Source: Candidatus Villigracilaceae bacterium
GTDB lineage: Bacteria > Chloroflexota > Anaerolineae > Anaerolineales > Villigracilaceae
Assembly (NCBI GenBank): GCA_026645935.1
Contig: JAPKMP010000004.1
Coordinates: 44,047 to 108,046, forward strand
Direction: 5' to 3'
Length of the DNA stretch: 64,000 nt
The position numbers and the translations under genes were made by a program. Under the pieces are notes generated by a model. It saw only the letters and a list, made by a program, of their open reading frames with translations. It was not told the DNA's origin and searched no databases. Positions 31,903-41,970 of this stretch are shown here, one piece after another (the stretch's first letter is position 1; each line of letters begins with the position of its first letter).

Positions 31903-33585
31903 TTACTGCTTAAACTTCCAATTCTGCACGCCCCAGCTCATGCTGCCCCAGGTGTTGAGTGTATACCCTTCAAGGCTGTCGGCGATTCCGTAATTATCCT
32001 GGAAGAGATAAAGATAGACCTGCGGCAGGTCGTCGATCACTGCCTGACCGATTTCGCAGTACGCGGCTTTGCGTGTTTCGATGTCGAAGCTTGTACCGGC
32101 GGTTTCGAGCGCCGCATCCACATCCTCATTCACCCAGCGGAAGTAGTTACCGCCGGTGGGGTTGTCTGCGGAGGGGATGCGCGAGGAATGATAGGCGTCG
32201 AAGTTGTAACTCTGCGGCTCGGTGGTGAAGCCGCGGTCGAAGATCAGCATGTCGTAATCGCCGATCATGCGCGGAGAGTTATCCTCGAATGTGCCGAAGA
32301 TGATCGAGAAATCATAGTTCTGGATGCGCGCCTCGATGCCGACGGCTTTCAGGTTCTCGACGATGAACTCCTCGGTAAGTTGCAGCGGGTCGAAGGCCGT
32401 ATATCCCTGAAGTTCAAGAGAGAGGCGGGTTCCATCCTCTGCGTGCATCGCGCCTTTTGCAACACGGATGCCGTCAGCGCCCATCTCCCATCCGGCTTCG
32501 TCCAGCAATTTGTTCGCGGCTTCCACATCGAATCCGTACTTGCGCGGAAGTTTGCACTTGTACCAGCCGTAAGCGAACGGGTTGGTCGAATCGCCGACGC
32601 TTCCCTGCAAGACATCCTGTTGCAGCGATTCGTAATTGATGGCATGGGCGATCGCCTGTCGCACGCGGATATCGCCCAGGATCGGGTGCGGCGCGGCGGC
32701 GGACGGATCGCCATCGAAAGGCGCGCTCAAGTTGAAATCGATGGCCATATTCCAGATGCCGGGGATGAGATATTGCTGGGCGACTCCCTTCAATAATTCA
32801 TCGTAATCGACTTTGAATTCGCCGGGCCACAAATGAACATGACCGTCCCCATTCAACATCATCGCGGTTTGTGCGGCAGGTTCGGGGACGATCTCGAATA
32901 CGATACTGTCGAGATATGGTTTTCCCTCTTCGAAGTAATTCGGGTTGCGGGTCATCGTGATGCGTTTGCCCGATTCCCAATTGCTGACGATGAACGGTCC
33001 GGCCGTTACAGGCGCGCGGTTCCATTCCCAATTTGCCATTTCCTCCGGGGCGCCTGTGGCATGGCGCGGGAATAAACCGTAGGCAAATTGATCGAGATAA
33101 CCGGGATAGGGTTCTGAGTAGGTGAGGATGGTCGTCAGATCGTCGGGCGTTTCGACGTTCGCGATCAAATCGAATCCGCTCGTGCCGACCAATGCGCCGG
33201 AGTTCGGATTCGAAAGCACCTCGATTGTGAAGCGCACATCGTCCGAAGTCAGCGGCTCGCCGTCGGACCATTTCAGGTCAGCCATCAGCTTCCATGTCAC
33301 GGTCAGGTGGTCATCCGAGATCACGGGCAAGCCTTCTGCAAGCACCGGCACAAAATTTCCGGTCTCATCGATGGTGACCAAACCCGTCATCGAAGTGGCG
33401 TCTGCCGCCTGCCGGACGATCGCCGCATCTGCCAGATAGAAATTCAATGTAGCCGGTTCTTCGGGCAGGATGAGGACGGCTGTCCCGCCTCCGCCCCCGC
33501 CGGATGCCGGTTCTTCACCCCCGGTTCCGCATCCGCTGAGGACGAACCCCAATATAACGAACAGTGTGAACAGTTTGAGTTTCAT
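31903..33585 (-). CDS. ABC transporter substrate-binding lipoprotein, family 5 (peptide/nickel type)
   Basis: It starts at MKLKLFTLFVILGFVLSGCG (lipobox, GGAG upstream). It has typical SBP_bac_5 blocks (KWSDGEPLTSDDV, NKLLDEAGW). Confidence 0.85.
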   Translation of the reverse strand: MKLKLFTLFVILGFVLSGCGTGGEEPASGGGGGGTAVLILPEEPATLNFYLADAAIVRQAADATSMTGLVTIDETGNFVPVLAEGLPVISDDHLTVTWKLMADLKWSDGEPLTSDDVRFTIEVLSNPNSGALVGTSGFDLIANVETPDDLTTILTYSEPYPGYLDQFAYGLFPRHATGAPEEMANWEWNRAPVTAGPFIVSNWESGKRITMTRNPNYFEEGKPYLDSIVFEIVPEPAAQTAMMLNGDGHVHLWPGEFKVDYDELLKGVAQQYLIPGIWNMAIDFNLSAPFDGDPSAAAPHPILGDIRVRQAIAHAINYESLQQDVLQGSVGDSTNPFAYGWYKCKLPRKYGFDVEAANKLLDEAGWEMGADGIRVAKGAMHAEDGTRLSLELQGYTAFDPLQLTEEFIVENLKAVGIEARIQNYDFSIIFGTFEDNSPRMIGDYDMLIFDRGFTTEPQSYNFDAYHSSRIPSADNPTGGNYFRWVNEDVDAALETAGTSFDIETRKAAYCEIGQAVIDDLPQVYLYLFQDNYGIADSLEGYTLNTWGSMSWGVQNWKFKQ

Positions 33586-33666
33586 CTCTTCTCCTTTTTG
33601 TAGTGCGGGTTTGTAACCCGCCGGACGTTCCTGCATTGTAATCGTCAGGCTGAAAGCCTGACCTAC

Positions 33667-34569
33667 TCACTCCGTATGAATCACGTACGGATCGAACGCG
33701 TCGCGCAAACCATCCCCGATGTAGTTGATCGACATGACTGTGATGAAGATCATCAAGCCGGGATAGAATGCCAGCCAGGGTGCGCGGAAAACCTGGTTTT
33801 GCGCTGTCGACAGGATGCTTCCCCAGGTCGGCGTGGGCGGCTGGACGCCGAAGCCCAAATAACTCAAGCCTGATTCCGTGATGATCGCGGAAGCCATTTG
33901 CAATGTCCCGCTGACGAGAATGGGTCCGATACAATTCGGCAGGATATGGCGCAGGATGATGCGGGCGCTGCTTCCACCCAGTGCGCGCGAGGCGGAGACA
34001 AATTCCTTTTCGCGCAGGACGAGAAAAAGTCCGCGCACGAGACGGGCGGGCCACATCCATGATAGGGCGGCGATGATAATGATCACCACGAACACGCTGT
34101 TTTGTAAAATGTACAACTGTTGTTCGCGTAAAAACGCGCCGAGGAGGATCAGCACGAAGATGGTGGGGAAGGTCAGAAAGGCATCTGTGATGCGCATCAG
34201 TGCGGAATCGATCCAACCGCCGAAATATCCGCTCAATGCGCCAACGAGGACTCCCAGCGAAATGGATAAAAACGTGGATATCAACCCGACGGAAAGGGAG
34301 ACACGACCGCCATACAGGATTCTCGTGAAAACGTCGCGTCCGAGTTCATCGGTGCCAAACCAATGCTGGAGGCTGGATTTTTGAAACATCTGGGTCGGAT
34401 TCTGCTCGGTCGGCTCGTATGGAGTAAGGTCGGCAAGAACCGAGAACAGAACGAGCAGCGCGAGAACCGCTATCGCAACGCCAGCCAGTTTATGTTTGAA
34501 AAAACGGCGCGTGATCAGGGCTGCCATGCTTTGCTCGCGGATGGAGAGAGTGGATTCGATCTCACTCAT
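33667..34569 (-). CDS. ABC transporter permease (DppC/OppC-like)
   Basis: 300 aa with 6 TM helices and the EAA-type loop ASRALGGSSARIILRHILPN. Confidence 0.85.
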   Translation of the reverse strand: MSEIESTLSIREQSMAALITRRFFKHKLAGVAIAVLALLVLFSVLADLTPYEPTEQNPTQMFQKSSLQHWFGTDELGRDVFTRILYGGRVSLSVGLISTFLSISLGVLVGALSGYFGGWIDSALMRITDAFLTFPTIFVLILLGAFLREQQLYILQNSVFVVIIIIAALSWMWPARLVRGLFLVLREKEFVSASRALGGSSARIILRHILPNCIGPILVSGTLQMASAIITESGLSYLGFGVQPPTPTWGSILSTAQNQVFRAPWLAFYPGLMIFITVMSINYIGDGLRDAFDPYVIHTE

Positions 34570-35536
34570 ATTTCACCTGCGGATTGAGCCATCCGTATGC
34601 GAGGTCTGCAATGATATTGCAGACGATGATCAGGATGGCGGTCAGCATGACAACGCCGAGCAGCACCGGGTAATCGCGTCCTTTTGCCGCATCCCAGAAG
34701 AGTCGTCCCATACCGGGCCAGGAAAAGATGGTTTCCACAAAAAGCGCGCCTGCGAACAAACTTGGCAGGTCGAGCGCAATCAATGTCACCAGGGGCAGGA
34801 TCGCATTACGGAGCGCGTGTTTGTAATACACCCAGCGGTCTGCGAGCCCCTTCGCCCGCGCGGTGCGGATGTAATCCTCATGCAGGACATCCAGCATGCT
34901 TGACCGCAGAAAACGCGAATACCAGGCGATCCATCCCAGGCTCAATGCGGTGACCGGCAGGATGAGATGCCAGAGCGTATCCAACAAATCGCCTTCCCGC
35001 CCGCGCGAGTTCATCCCGCCGACGGGGAAGAGCGGGTCGCCTGTGAATGGATTTTTTATCGTGACGTAAAAAATGACGATCAGTCCCAGCCCCAGCCAGT
35101 AGACCGGAATTGCCTGACCGACAAACGTGACGGTCGTCATCGTGTAATCGAAGGGCGAATACGGCTTGCGCGCGGAAAGAATACCGATGGGTATGGCGAA
35201 CAGCAAAGTTACAAGGAACGATGCGCCGACCAAAATCAATGTGTTCGGTACGCGTTCACTGATCATCTCCGAAACCGGACGGCGGAATTTGATTGACTCG
35301 CCGAGGTCTCCGTTCAACATTCCCCCAAGCCACCTGCCGTACTGGACGGGCAGGGGATCGTTCAACCCGAGCTGTTCCTCGATGGCTTCGAGCTGTTCCT
35401 TGGAAATATTCGGGTTGCGCCGCGCAGCGGTCAACGGACCGCCCGGCGCGGCGCGCACCATCAGGAACAACAAAATGCTGATGATGAAGAGGATGGGAAC
35501 GGTTTGCAATAACCTGCGCAGGGCGTAGGTTCTCAT
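34562..35536 (-). CDS. ABC transporter permease (DppB/OppB-like)
   Basis: 324 aa with an N-terminal MRTYALRRLLQTVPILFIISILLF and the loop TARAKGLADRWVYYKHALRNA. There is an 8-nt overlap with the next permease. Confidence 0.85.
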   Translation of the reverse strand: MRTYALRRLLQTVPILFIISILLFLMVRAAPGGPLTAARRNPNISKEQLEAIEEQLGLNDPLPVQYGRWLGGMLNGDLGESIKFRRPVSEMISERVPNTLILVGASFLVTLLFAIPIGILSARKPYSPFDYTMTTVTFVGQAIPVYWLGLGLIVIFYVTIKNPFTGDPLFPVGGMNSRGREGDLLDTLWHLILPVTALSLGWIAWYSRFLRSSMLDVLHEDYIRTARAKGLADRWVYYKHALRNAILPLVTLIALDLPSLFAGALFVETIFSWPGMGRLFWDAAKGRDYPVLLGVVMLTAILIIVCNIIADLAYGWLNPQVKYE

Positions 35537-37126
35537 TTACGCCTCGAATGCGATTTTGCCGTTCACCATGGTCATGACCGGTTTTGCTTCCATGATGTTC
35601 TTCGGGTCTAGCGCGAACAGGTCGTGCGAGAACAACACAAGATCGGCAAGATAACCTTCCCTGAGCTGTCCCTTTTCGTTTTCCATGAATTCTGCATACG
35701 CCGCGTCCCGGGTGTAACCTATGATCAGTTCTTCGAGCGTCAGATTTTGAGATGGATTGCTGTCATCCCATTTTTCGCGGTTCAACCCTACATGCAAGTT
35801 GATCATCGGATCGAACGGCGCAACGGGCCAATCGCTCCCAAAGGCGATCTGGTTGCCTGCATTTAGAATTTCGCGCCATGCGAACGACAGGTGCCAGCGT
35901 CCTGTCCCGACTCGTGTGGGCCATACATCCCCTTCCTTGAGGCTGAACGGCGAATGGCTGGTCTGCATCGACGGCAGGACCCCCAATTGCTTGAAACGGG
36001 GGATATCACTCGGATGAATCACTTCGATATGCTCGATGCGATGGCGGCTGTCGCGCTTCCCGTTCGACTTTTGAACCGCCTCGTACCCATCGAGCGTTCG
36101 TCTCACCGCGCCGTCGCCGCAGCAGTGGACGAAGATCTGCAATCCCATTTTGTCGCACAGCGCCGCCATACGGGTGAAATGCTCGAGCGAATAAATGCCT
36201 TCGGGCTTGGCGTCTGGATTATCGGCATACGGCTCGACAGTGAGAGCGGTGTACGATTCCCAGACCCCATCCATGAAAAATTTTGCCGCGCCGCCGCGCA
36301 CGAACTCGCCTCTGACCTGTGCCATCTCGGCGGCTTCCTTTAGCATATCTTCGGTCGTCTCCGGCTTGACGTGATAAGGTTCATAAACCCGCACCGTCAT
36401 CTCGCCCGCATCTTCGACGGCGGCATAGGTCATCAGTTCTTCCATGTCGCCGTTCATGTTATGGACGCTGGTGACACCGCAGGCGTTCATGCGCGCCATG
36501 GTCATTTTTAGAAGTTCGCGTTTACGGGCTTCACCCGGTTCGGGAATCAAATCCGAAACCAACCTCATCGCAGTTTCGCGCAATTCGCCGATGGCGAATC
36601 CACTCTCGTCACGGACGATGACCCCGTTGCCTTCCGCTTCCTTCCCCGGCTGGAGGATGCCGGCCATTTCCAGCGCCTTTGTGTTCGCCCATGAAGTGTG
36701 ACCGTCGTAGGCATTGATGTAAATGGGCTTATCCGCGATGATGGCGTCCAATTCGTGGCGGTTATGGATGATGTCGTACTTTACACCCCGCCCATCCACC
36801 CAGTCAGCGGTCTTATTTTCCGATTCGAATGTCAGCAGTACTTTTCTTACGTCATCCAGGTTTTTTACATCGTATACCTGCGCTCCACCCATCGAAATGG
36901 ATCCCCACAACAGATGAAAATGTGAGTCGATGAAACCCGGCGTGACTGTGCGCCCCATTCCATCCATGACCCGGGTGTTTCCATCCTTAAAAACGTTTGC
37001 GCCTTCATTCATTCCCACAAAGACGATGCGATTTCCCCTGACAGCCACTGCCTCAGCCTGCGGCATGTCCTTGTTGCTGGTAAATACCTTCGCGTTCTCG
37101 ACGATGAAATCTGCCGGGGTAACCAT
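35537..37126 (-). CDS. amidohydrolase-family metallohydrolase (Amidohydro_3 / YtcJ-like)
   Basis: 529 aa with GFIDSHFHLL metal-binding His residues. The stop abuts the permease start (35536/35537). Confidence 0.75.
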   Translation of the reverse strand: MVTPADFIVENAKVFTSNKDMPQAEAVAVRGNRIVFVGMNEGANVFKDGNTRVMDGMGRTVTPGFIDSHFHLLWGSISMGGAQVYDVKNLDDVRKVLLTFESENKTADWVDGRGVKYDIIHNRHELDAIIADKPIYINAYDGHTSWANTKALEMAGILQPGKEAEGNGVIVRDESGFAIGELRETAMRLVSDLIPEPGEARKRELLKMTMARMNACGVTSVHNMNGDMEELMTYAAVEDAGEMTVRVYEPYHVKPETTEDMLKEAAEMAQVRGEFVRGGAAKFFMDGVWESYTALTVEPYADNPDAKPEGIYSLEHFTRMAALCDKMGLQIFVHCCGDGAVRRTLDGYEAVQKSNGKRDSRHRIEHIEVIHPSDIPRFKQLGVLPSMQTSHSPFSLKEGDVWPTRVGTGRWHLSFAWREILNAGNQIAFGSDWPVAPFDPMINLHVGLNREKWDDSNPSQNLTLEELIIGYTRDAAYAEFMENEKGQLREGYLADLVLFSHDLFALDPKNIMEAKPVMTMVNGKIAFEA

Positions 37127-37216
37127 GTCTCAGCTCCTTGTGATGTATGGCTTGATAATACATTATCTAGGACGTGCGGGCAAGAGAAACTTCCTGTCTG
37201 GTATATAATTTCGCCC

Positions 37217-38287
37217 ATGACCGAGAAACGGAATGTGGTCGTTGCCATGTCCGGCGGCGTGGATTCGTCTGTCGCGGCGGCAATGTTAAAGGAACAGGGT
37301 TACGATGTGACCGGGATGATGCTGCGTTTGTGGAGCGAGCCTGGCAAAGAGGACTCGAACCGCTGCTGTACGCCCGACTCGATGGCGCAGGCGCGGCGCG
37401 TGGCGGGGATTCTAGATATTCCTTTCTATGTGGTGGATGCGAAGGATGTCTTCCGGGAAACGGTGGTGCAATATTTCCTGGATGGGTATGCAAAAGGCGG
37501 GACGCCGAATCCGTGCCTGATCTGCAACCGCCAGATCCGCTGGACGTTTTTATTGAATCATGCTCTGGCGTTGGGGGCTGAGTTTATGGCGACTGGTCAT
37601 TATGTTCGGATAAAGAAATATGAAAGAGGAAAGAGTGAATTATTTAGGGCGGTGGATCACTTGAAAGACCAGTCGTATGTGTTGCATGTGTTGGGACAGG
37701 AAAAGTTGAAGCATGCGCTCTTTCCAGTGGGGGATTATCCCAAACCCGAGATTCGTGCAATTGCCGAGCGATTTGGCTTGCCGACAGCTTCGCGTAAAGA
37801 CTCGCAGGACTTGTGTTTTTTGGCTGGGGAGGATTACCGGAACTTTCTTCAGCGTAATGCGCCGGAGATGTTGAAGCCCGGGGCAATTGAAACGCCCGAT
37901 GGAAACGTGATCGGCAGGCATAATGGACTGGCAAACTACACTATCGGTCAGCGCAAGGGATTGGGAGTCGCTTCGCCTGTACCGCTTTACGTGATTACGA
38001 AACACGCGTCACGCAACACCTTAATCGTTGGCACACAGGATCAGATGGGTGCGACAGAGTTGATCGCGCACAATGTTAACTGGGTGAGCGGGGAGATTCC
38101 ACCCGAGCCTTTCCGGGCGGAAGTAAAAACCCGTTACACGGCAAAGGAAGTTCCGGCGTGGGTAAGGCCTTTGGACGGTGACCAGGCTAAGGTCACGTTC
38201 GATGCGCCTGTGCGGGATGCGACGAAGGGTCAGGCGGCGGTATTTTACGTGGAGGAGAAAATGCTCGGCGGTGGTATCATCCAATAA
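37217..38287 (+). CDS. mnmA: tRNA 2-thiouridine(34) synthase
   Basis: 356 aa with the PP-loop VVAMSGGVDSSVAA, NPCLICN and DSQDLCFL. Confidence 0.95.
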   Translation: MTEKRNVVVAMSGGVDSSVAAAMLKEQGYDVTGMMLRLWSEPGKEDSNRCCTPDSMAQARRVAGILDIPFYVVDAKDVFRETVVQYFLDGYAKGGTPNPCLICNRQIRWTFLLNHALALGAEFMATGHYVRIKKYERGKSELFRAVDHLKDQSYVLHVLGQEKLKHALFPVGDYPKPEIRAIAERFGLPTASRKDSQDLCFLAGEDYRNFLQRNAPEMLKPGAIETPDGNVIGRHNGLANYTIGQRKGLGVASPVPLYVITKHASRNTLIVGTQDQMGATELIAHNVNWVSGEIPPEPFRAEVKTRYTAKEVPAWVRPLDGDQAKVTFDAPVRDATKGQAAVFYVEEKMLGGGIIQ

Positions 38288-38375
38288 AGGGTTCTGCGCG
38301 TAGCCAGAATAATGCGGTTGAATAATTTATCGTGAAAATGAAGTTGATGATTACTTTGAATACAAGGAGAATTGT

Positions 38376-40286
38376 ATGAACTATCGAATTGAGTCATTGA
38401 TGTCGGCCCGGTTGTTCGTTGCGCCGCAATATGCCGACGACCGGGTGTATTTTTTGAGCAACCTCTCGGGGCATTTGAGTTTGTACGCCATGTATCACGG
38501 CGGGAGCGTGCCGGAACCACTGCTTCCGCCCGATATTGCCCTGCAAAACCCGGAGTTGATCGGCGGGCATTCGTTCTATGCTTTTCCGGAATTCAATAAG
38601 ATCCTGGTGATGATCGACCGCAACGGAGATGAGAATTACCAGCCGATGTTGATCGGCATGGACGGAGGTTTTCCCGAGCCAGCATTCGATAATTATTTCG
38701 AGAAGTATCGCGTGCATTTGGGCGAGTGCGACAGGAAAAAAGGAATTGTGTATCTCGCCGCGGAGAGACGTGACAAGCCATGGAACGAGTTGTATCGCAG
38801 CGATTTGAAGGCCAATAAACTGACCTTGATTGCCGAGAACGAATTCGGTTTCGGCGTGACAGACCACTCGCCGGATCATAACCGCTTACTGCTTGGGACA
38901 GGCTATTCGGCGGGCGACGGCGTTCTTTGTTTGTGGAACAAGGGGCAGATGGGTGTGTTGTATGGCAAACTGATGGAGGATCGAAAGCCCGGGGAGGAAG
39001 TTCCATTGAACGGCTTGGGCGGCGCGGTCTTCTCGCCGAGCGGCAAAGGCACGATCGTTACATCTTCCGTATTCGATGATGCCTACAGCCTCAGTTTCAT
39101 CGATTTCAAAAAACCCGGCGTAATGACGCCAGTCAAGTTGAAAGGCGTTGTGCATCAGGGCATCGGCGAAATGGAAAACATTACCCATGCCATGGGCGAC
39201 CGCTATATTGTCACCTACAATATAGACGGCTGCTCGTGGGCGTACGAAGGCGTCTTCGATGAATCCAAATTGACAATGAACCTCAAGCATGTCCTGGTCG
39301 GGAGGGAACCTTTCGAGAGCGGCGTGCTCGAACATATCGACCACGACAAGGTAGAGGATATTTACACCGTCTCGTTTTCCACGGCGGTTTCTCCCACGCA
39401 GATCTACACCATCGAAGGCGCAAAGCGGAGGGACCTGTTCCGCCATACCAACGAGAAGATTTTGGGAATCCCCGAGGAATTGCTTTCAAAGGGAGAGGAC
39501 GCCTCTTTCCCGACCCATGACGGGTTGCGGGTCTCTGCGCGGCTTTATCTTCCCGCGAAATCGCTCGGGTACAAAGGTCCGCGCCCGGTGGTGTATTACA
39601 TCCACGGCGGGCCGCAAAGCCAGGAGCGGCCGAACTTCGCATGGTTCTCGATGCCGCTGATTCAATTCCTCACCCTGCGCGGATTTGCCGTCTTCGTGCC
39701 GAACGTCCGCGGCTCGTCGGGTTACGGCCTCTCTTACATGAAACGCGTCGACCGCGACTGGGGCGGCTTGGACAGACTCGACCATGTCCACGCGATGACG
39801 AGGGTTTTACCGAAGGATAAACGACTCGATGTGAATCGCGCCGCGGTGGTCGGACGCTCCTACGGCGGTTACATGACGCTGATGCAGGCGGCTTTACACC
39901 CCGATTTGTGGAAAGCCTCCTGCGACATGTTCGGTCCGTACGACCTGGTCACTTTCTCTGAACGAATACCCGAAACATGGAAGCCGTATTTCAAACTTGC
40001 CATCGGCGACCCGGAGAAACCCGAAGAACGAAAAGACCTGCTGGAGCGCTCGCCGAAGACTCACCTGCACAATATGACCGCTCCGATGCTCGTCATTCAG
40101 GGCCGAAACGATCCGCGGGTGGTAGCGGCAGAGTCGGAGGATTTGGTCCGCGAGTTGAAGGCAAAGGGCAAGCCCATCGAACTGCTTGTCTTCGAGAATG
40201 AAGGCCACGATGTATTGAAATACGAGAACCGTGTGGCCTGCTACAACGCCATCACCGATTTCTTCGCGAAACTTCTTAACCCATGA
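38376..40286 (+). CDS. S9-family serine peptidase (prolyl oligopeptidase/acylaminoacyl peptidase-like)
   Basis: 636 aa with an N-terminal beta-propeller-like region and a C-terminal alpha/beta hydrolase. The nucleophile is GRSYGGYM and the tail is GHD. Confidence 0.8.
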   Translation: MNYRIESLMSARLFVAPQYADDRVYFLSNLSGHLSLYAMYHGGSVPEPLLPPDIALQNPELIGGHSFYAFPEFNKILVMIDRNGDENYQPMLIGMDGGFPEPAFDNYFEKYRVHLGECDRKKGIVYLAAERRDKPWNELYRSDLKANKLTLIAENEFGFGVTDHSPDHNRLLLGTGYSAGDGVLCLWNKGQMGVLYGKLMEDRKPGEEVPLNGLGGAVFSPSGKGTIVTSSVFDDAYSLSFIDFKKPGVMTPVKLKGVVHQGIGEMENITHAMGDRYIVTYNIDGCSWAYEGVFDESKLTMNLKHVLVGREPFESGVLEHIDHDKVEDIYTVSFSTAVSPTQIYTIEGAKRRDLFRHTNEKILGIPEELLSKGEDASFPTHDGLRVSARLYLPAKSLGYKGPRPVVYYIHGGPQSQERPNFAWFSMPLIQFLTLRGFAVFVPNVRGSSGYGLSYMKRVDRDWGGLDRLDHVHAMTRVLPKDKRLDVNRAAVVGRSYGGYMTLMQAALHPDLWKASCDMFGPYDLVTFSERIPETWKPYFKLAIGDPEKPEERKDLLERSPKTHLHNMTAPMLVIQGRNDPRVVAAESEDLVRELKAKGKPIELLVFENEGHDVLKYENRVACYNAITDFFAKLLNP

Positions 40287-40561
40287 CCCTCCCTGTGATA
40301 GTGCTCGGGTTGACGATGGCGTTTTTGCTCGGCTCCCTTTTTCATGCCTTGCGTGGAGGAGGGGGCTGGCGTTTCCTATTCTCGCTCTTCTTGAGCGCGT
40401 TGGGATTTGCCCTTGGACAATTTGCAGGCTGGTGGTTCGGCTTTGTGCTTTACGCCGTCGGCTCGCTGGATGTCGGCGCTGGAGCGATCGGCAGCATCGC
40501 CTTTCTCATCCTCGGCGACTGGTTGAGTCGCATCAGACCTCAGGAGAAAAGCGGGGTATAA
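40283..40561 (+). CDS. small membrane protein, hypothetical
   Basis: 92 aa with 3 hydrophobic helices. It has an ATGA start/stop overlap with the peptidase gene. Confidence 0.45.
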   Translation: MTLPVIVLGLTMAFLLGSLFHALRGGGGWRFLFSLFLSALGFALGQFAGWWFGFVLYAVGSLDVGAGAIGSIAFLILGDWLSRIRPQEKSGV

Positions 40562-40605
40562 TCCCCGCCCGTTGTCAATCCAGCTTGAAAGCGAGCCAAA
40601 CATAA

Positions 40606-41247
40606 ATGGAATTCATCAACAACGTGATCGACCTTTTCCTTCATCTCGATGAATATCTTCAGGAGATCATCGTCAATTACGGCGCGTGGACGTACGGCAT
40701 CCTGTTCGTTGTTATCTTTATAGAAACGGGTTTGGTGATCATGCCGTTCCTCCCCGGCGACTCCCTGCTCTTTGCCGCCGGGACGTTTGCGGCACTCGGT
40801 TCGTTCAATGTCTGGGGCTTGATTGGCCTGCTGATTGTTGCGGCCGTCCTCGGCGACGCGGTCAATTACTTCATCGGTCATTATCTAGGCGAGCGGGCTT
40901 ACAACATCAAGTGGATCAAAAAGGAATATCTTGACAAGACCCATGCCTTCTTCGAGAAACACGGCGGGAAAGCCATCTTCCTCGCCCGTTTCGTCCCCAT
41001 CGTGCGCACCTTCGCTCCCTTTGTGGCGGGCATCGGGCGTATGTCCTATGCCTATTTCGCCACATATAACGTCGTTGGCGGCGTGACCTGGGTGTTCGTT
41101 TTTACTCTCCTTGGTTATTTCTTCGGCAATATCCCTTTCGTCAAGAAGAACTTTGAACTGGTCATCATCGTCATTATCTTGGCCTCCGTCCTGCCGATGA
41201 TCCTCGAATGGTCGAAGCACCGCAATGAGAAAAAAGCGGCATTATAA
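40606..41247 (+). CDS. DedA-family membrane protein
   Basis: 213 aa with the DedA motif FLPGDSLLFAAG and GGKAIFLARFVPIVRTFAPFVAG. Confidence 0.85.
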   Translation: MEFINNVIDLFLHLDEYLQEIIVNYGAWTYGILFVVIFIETGLVIMPFLPGDSLLFAAGTFAALGSFNVWGLIGLLIVAAVLGDAVNYFIGHYLGERAYNIKWIKKEYLDKTHAFFEKHGGKAIFLARFVPIVRTFAPFVAGIGRMSYAYFATYNVVGGVTWVFVFTLLGYFFGNIPFVKKNFELVIIVIILASVLPMILEWSKHRNEKKAAL

Positions 41248-41250
41248 GAA

Positions 41251-41934
41251 TTGAAGACAGCAGGCAAAAGAGGTATTTATAACTTGGATCATATTGAACT
41301 GACGAACGTCGAAGAGGCTCTGCTCGAGCAAGAGACCCTGGCGGAAAAAATGGAACTGGTCATTCAAAAGCTCCCACCCGATGAAGTGACCTTGGTGGAA
41401 ATTATGGATATTGTCGGAACTGACAGCCTGATGTTGTTGACAATTTTCATGTCCCTGATTTTCCTTGTGCCGGTTTCGATTCCGGGTGTCAGCACCGTCT
41501 TTGGCACCGGGATTTTACTTATCGGTATCACACATCTCTTTGCCCGTCATCTCTGGTTGCCGAAATTCATCGCCCACCGCAGGCTCTCTTCGTCCAAACT
41601 GGCAGACGGGTTTCGCCGCGCCATTGTCTGGCTGCACCGGGTGGAAAAACTCAGTAAGCCGCACCGTTTAAGCAGGCTTACAGCTGAAGGCAAAATGACC
41701 ACCTTTAATAACCTGGCTTTCATCCTTGCCTCCCTTTTACTCATGGCGCCATTCGGTTTCATTCCATTCAGCAACACCCTGCCCGCTTTGGCGCTTATCT
41801 TTCTTTCGCTTGGCATGATGGAGCGCGACGGCGGCGCAGTCGTTTTGGGTCATTTCTCGAACATTGCCACCATCGCCTACTTTGGCTTTCTCATCGCGGG
41901 CGGCGGTTGGTCCATCAGTCAATTGCTTGGTTAA
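41251..41934 (+). CDS. ExoD-family exopolysaccharide synthesis membrane protein
   Basis: 227 aa with a TTG start in the track. ExoD-like features are VSIPGVSTVFG, PFSNTLPALALIFLSLGMMERDGG. Confidence 0.65.
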   Translation: MKTAGKRGIYNLDHIELTNVEEALLEQETLAEKMELVIQKLPPDEVTLVEIMDIVGTDSLMLLTIFMSLIFLVPVSIPGVSTVFGTGILLIGITHLFARHLWLPKFIAHRRLSSSKLADGFRRAIVWLHRVEKLSKPHRLSRLTAEGKMTTFNNLAFILASLLLMAPFGFIPFSNTLPALALIFLSLGMMERDGGAVVLGHFSNIATIAYFGFLIAGGGWSISQLLG

Positions 41935-41941
41935 ATGGCGG

Positions 41942-41969
41942 CAGGTCAGGCAAACCCTGACCTGTTTTT
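41942..41969 (+). terminator. intrinsic terminator after the ExoD-family gene
   Basis: caggtcagg-caaac-cctgacctg is a 9-bp stem followed by TTTTT. Confidence 0.7.
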
Positions 41970-41970
41970 C

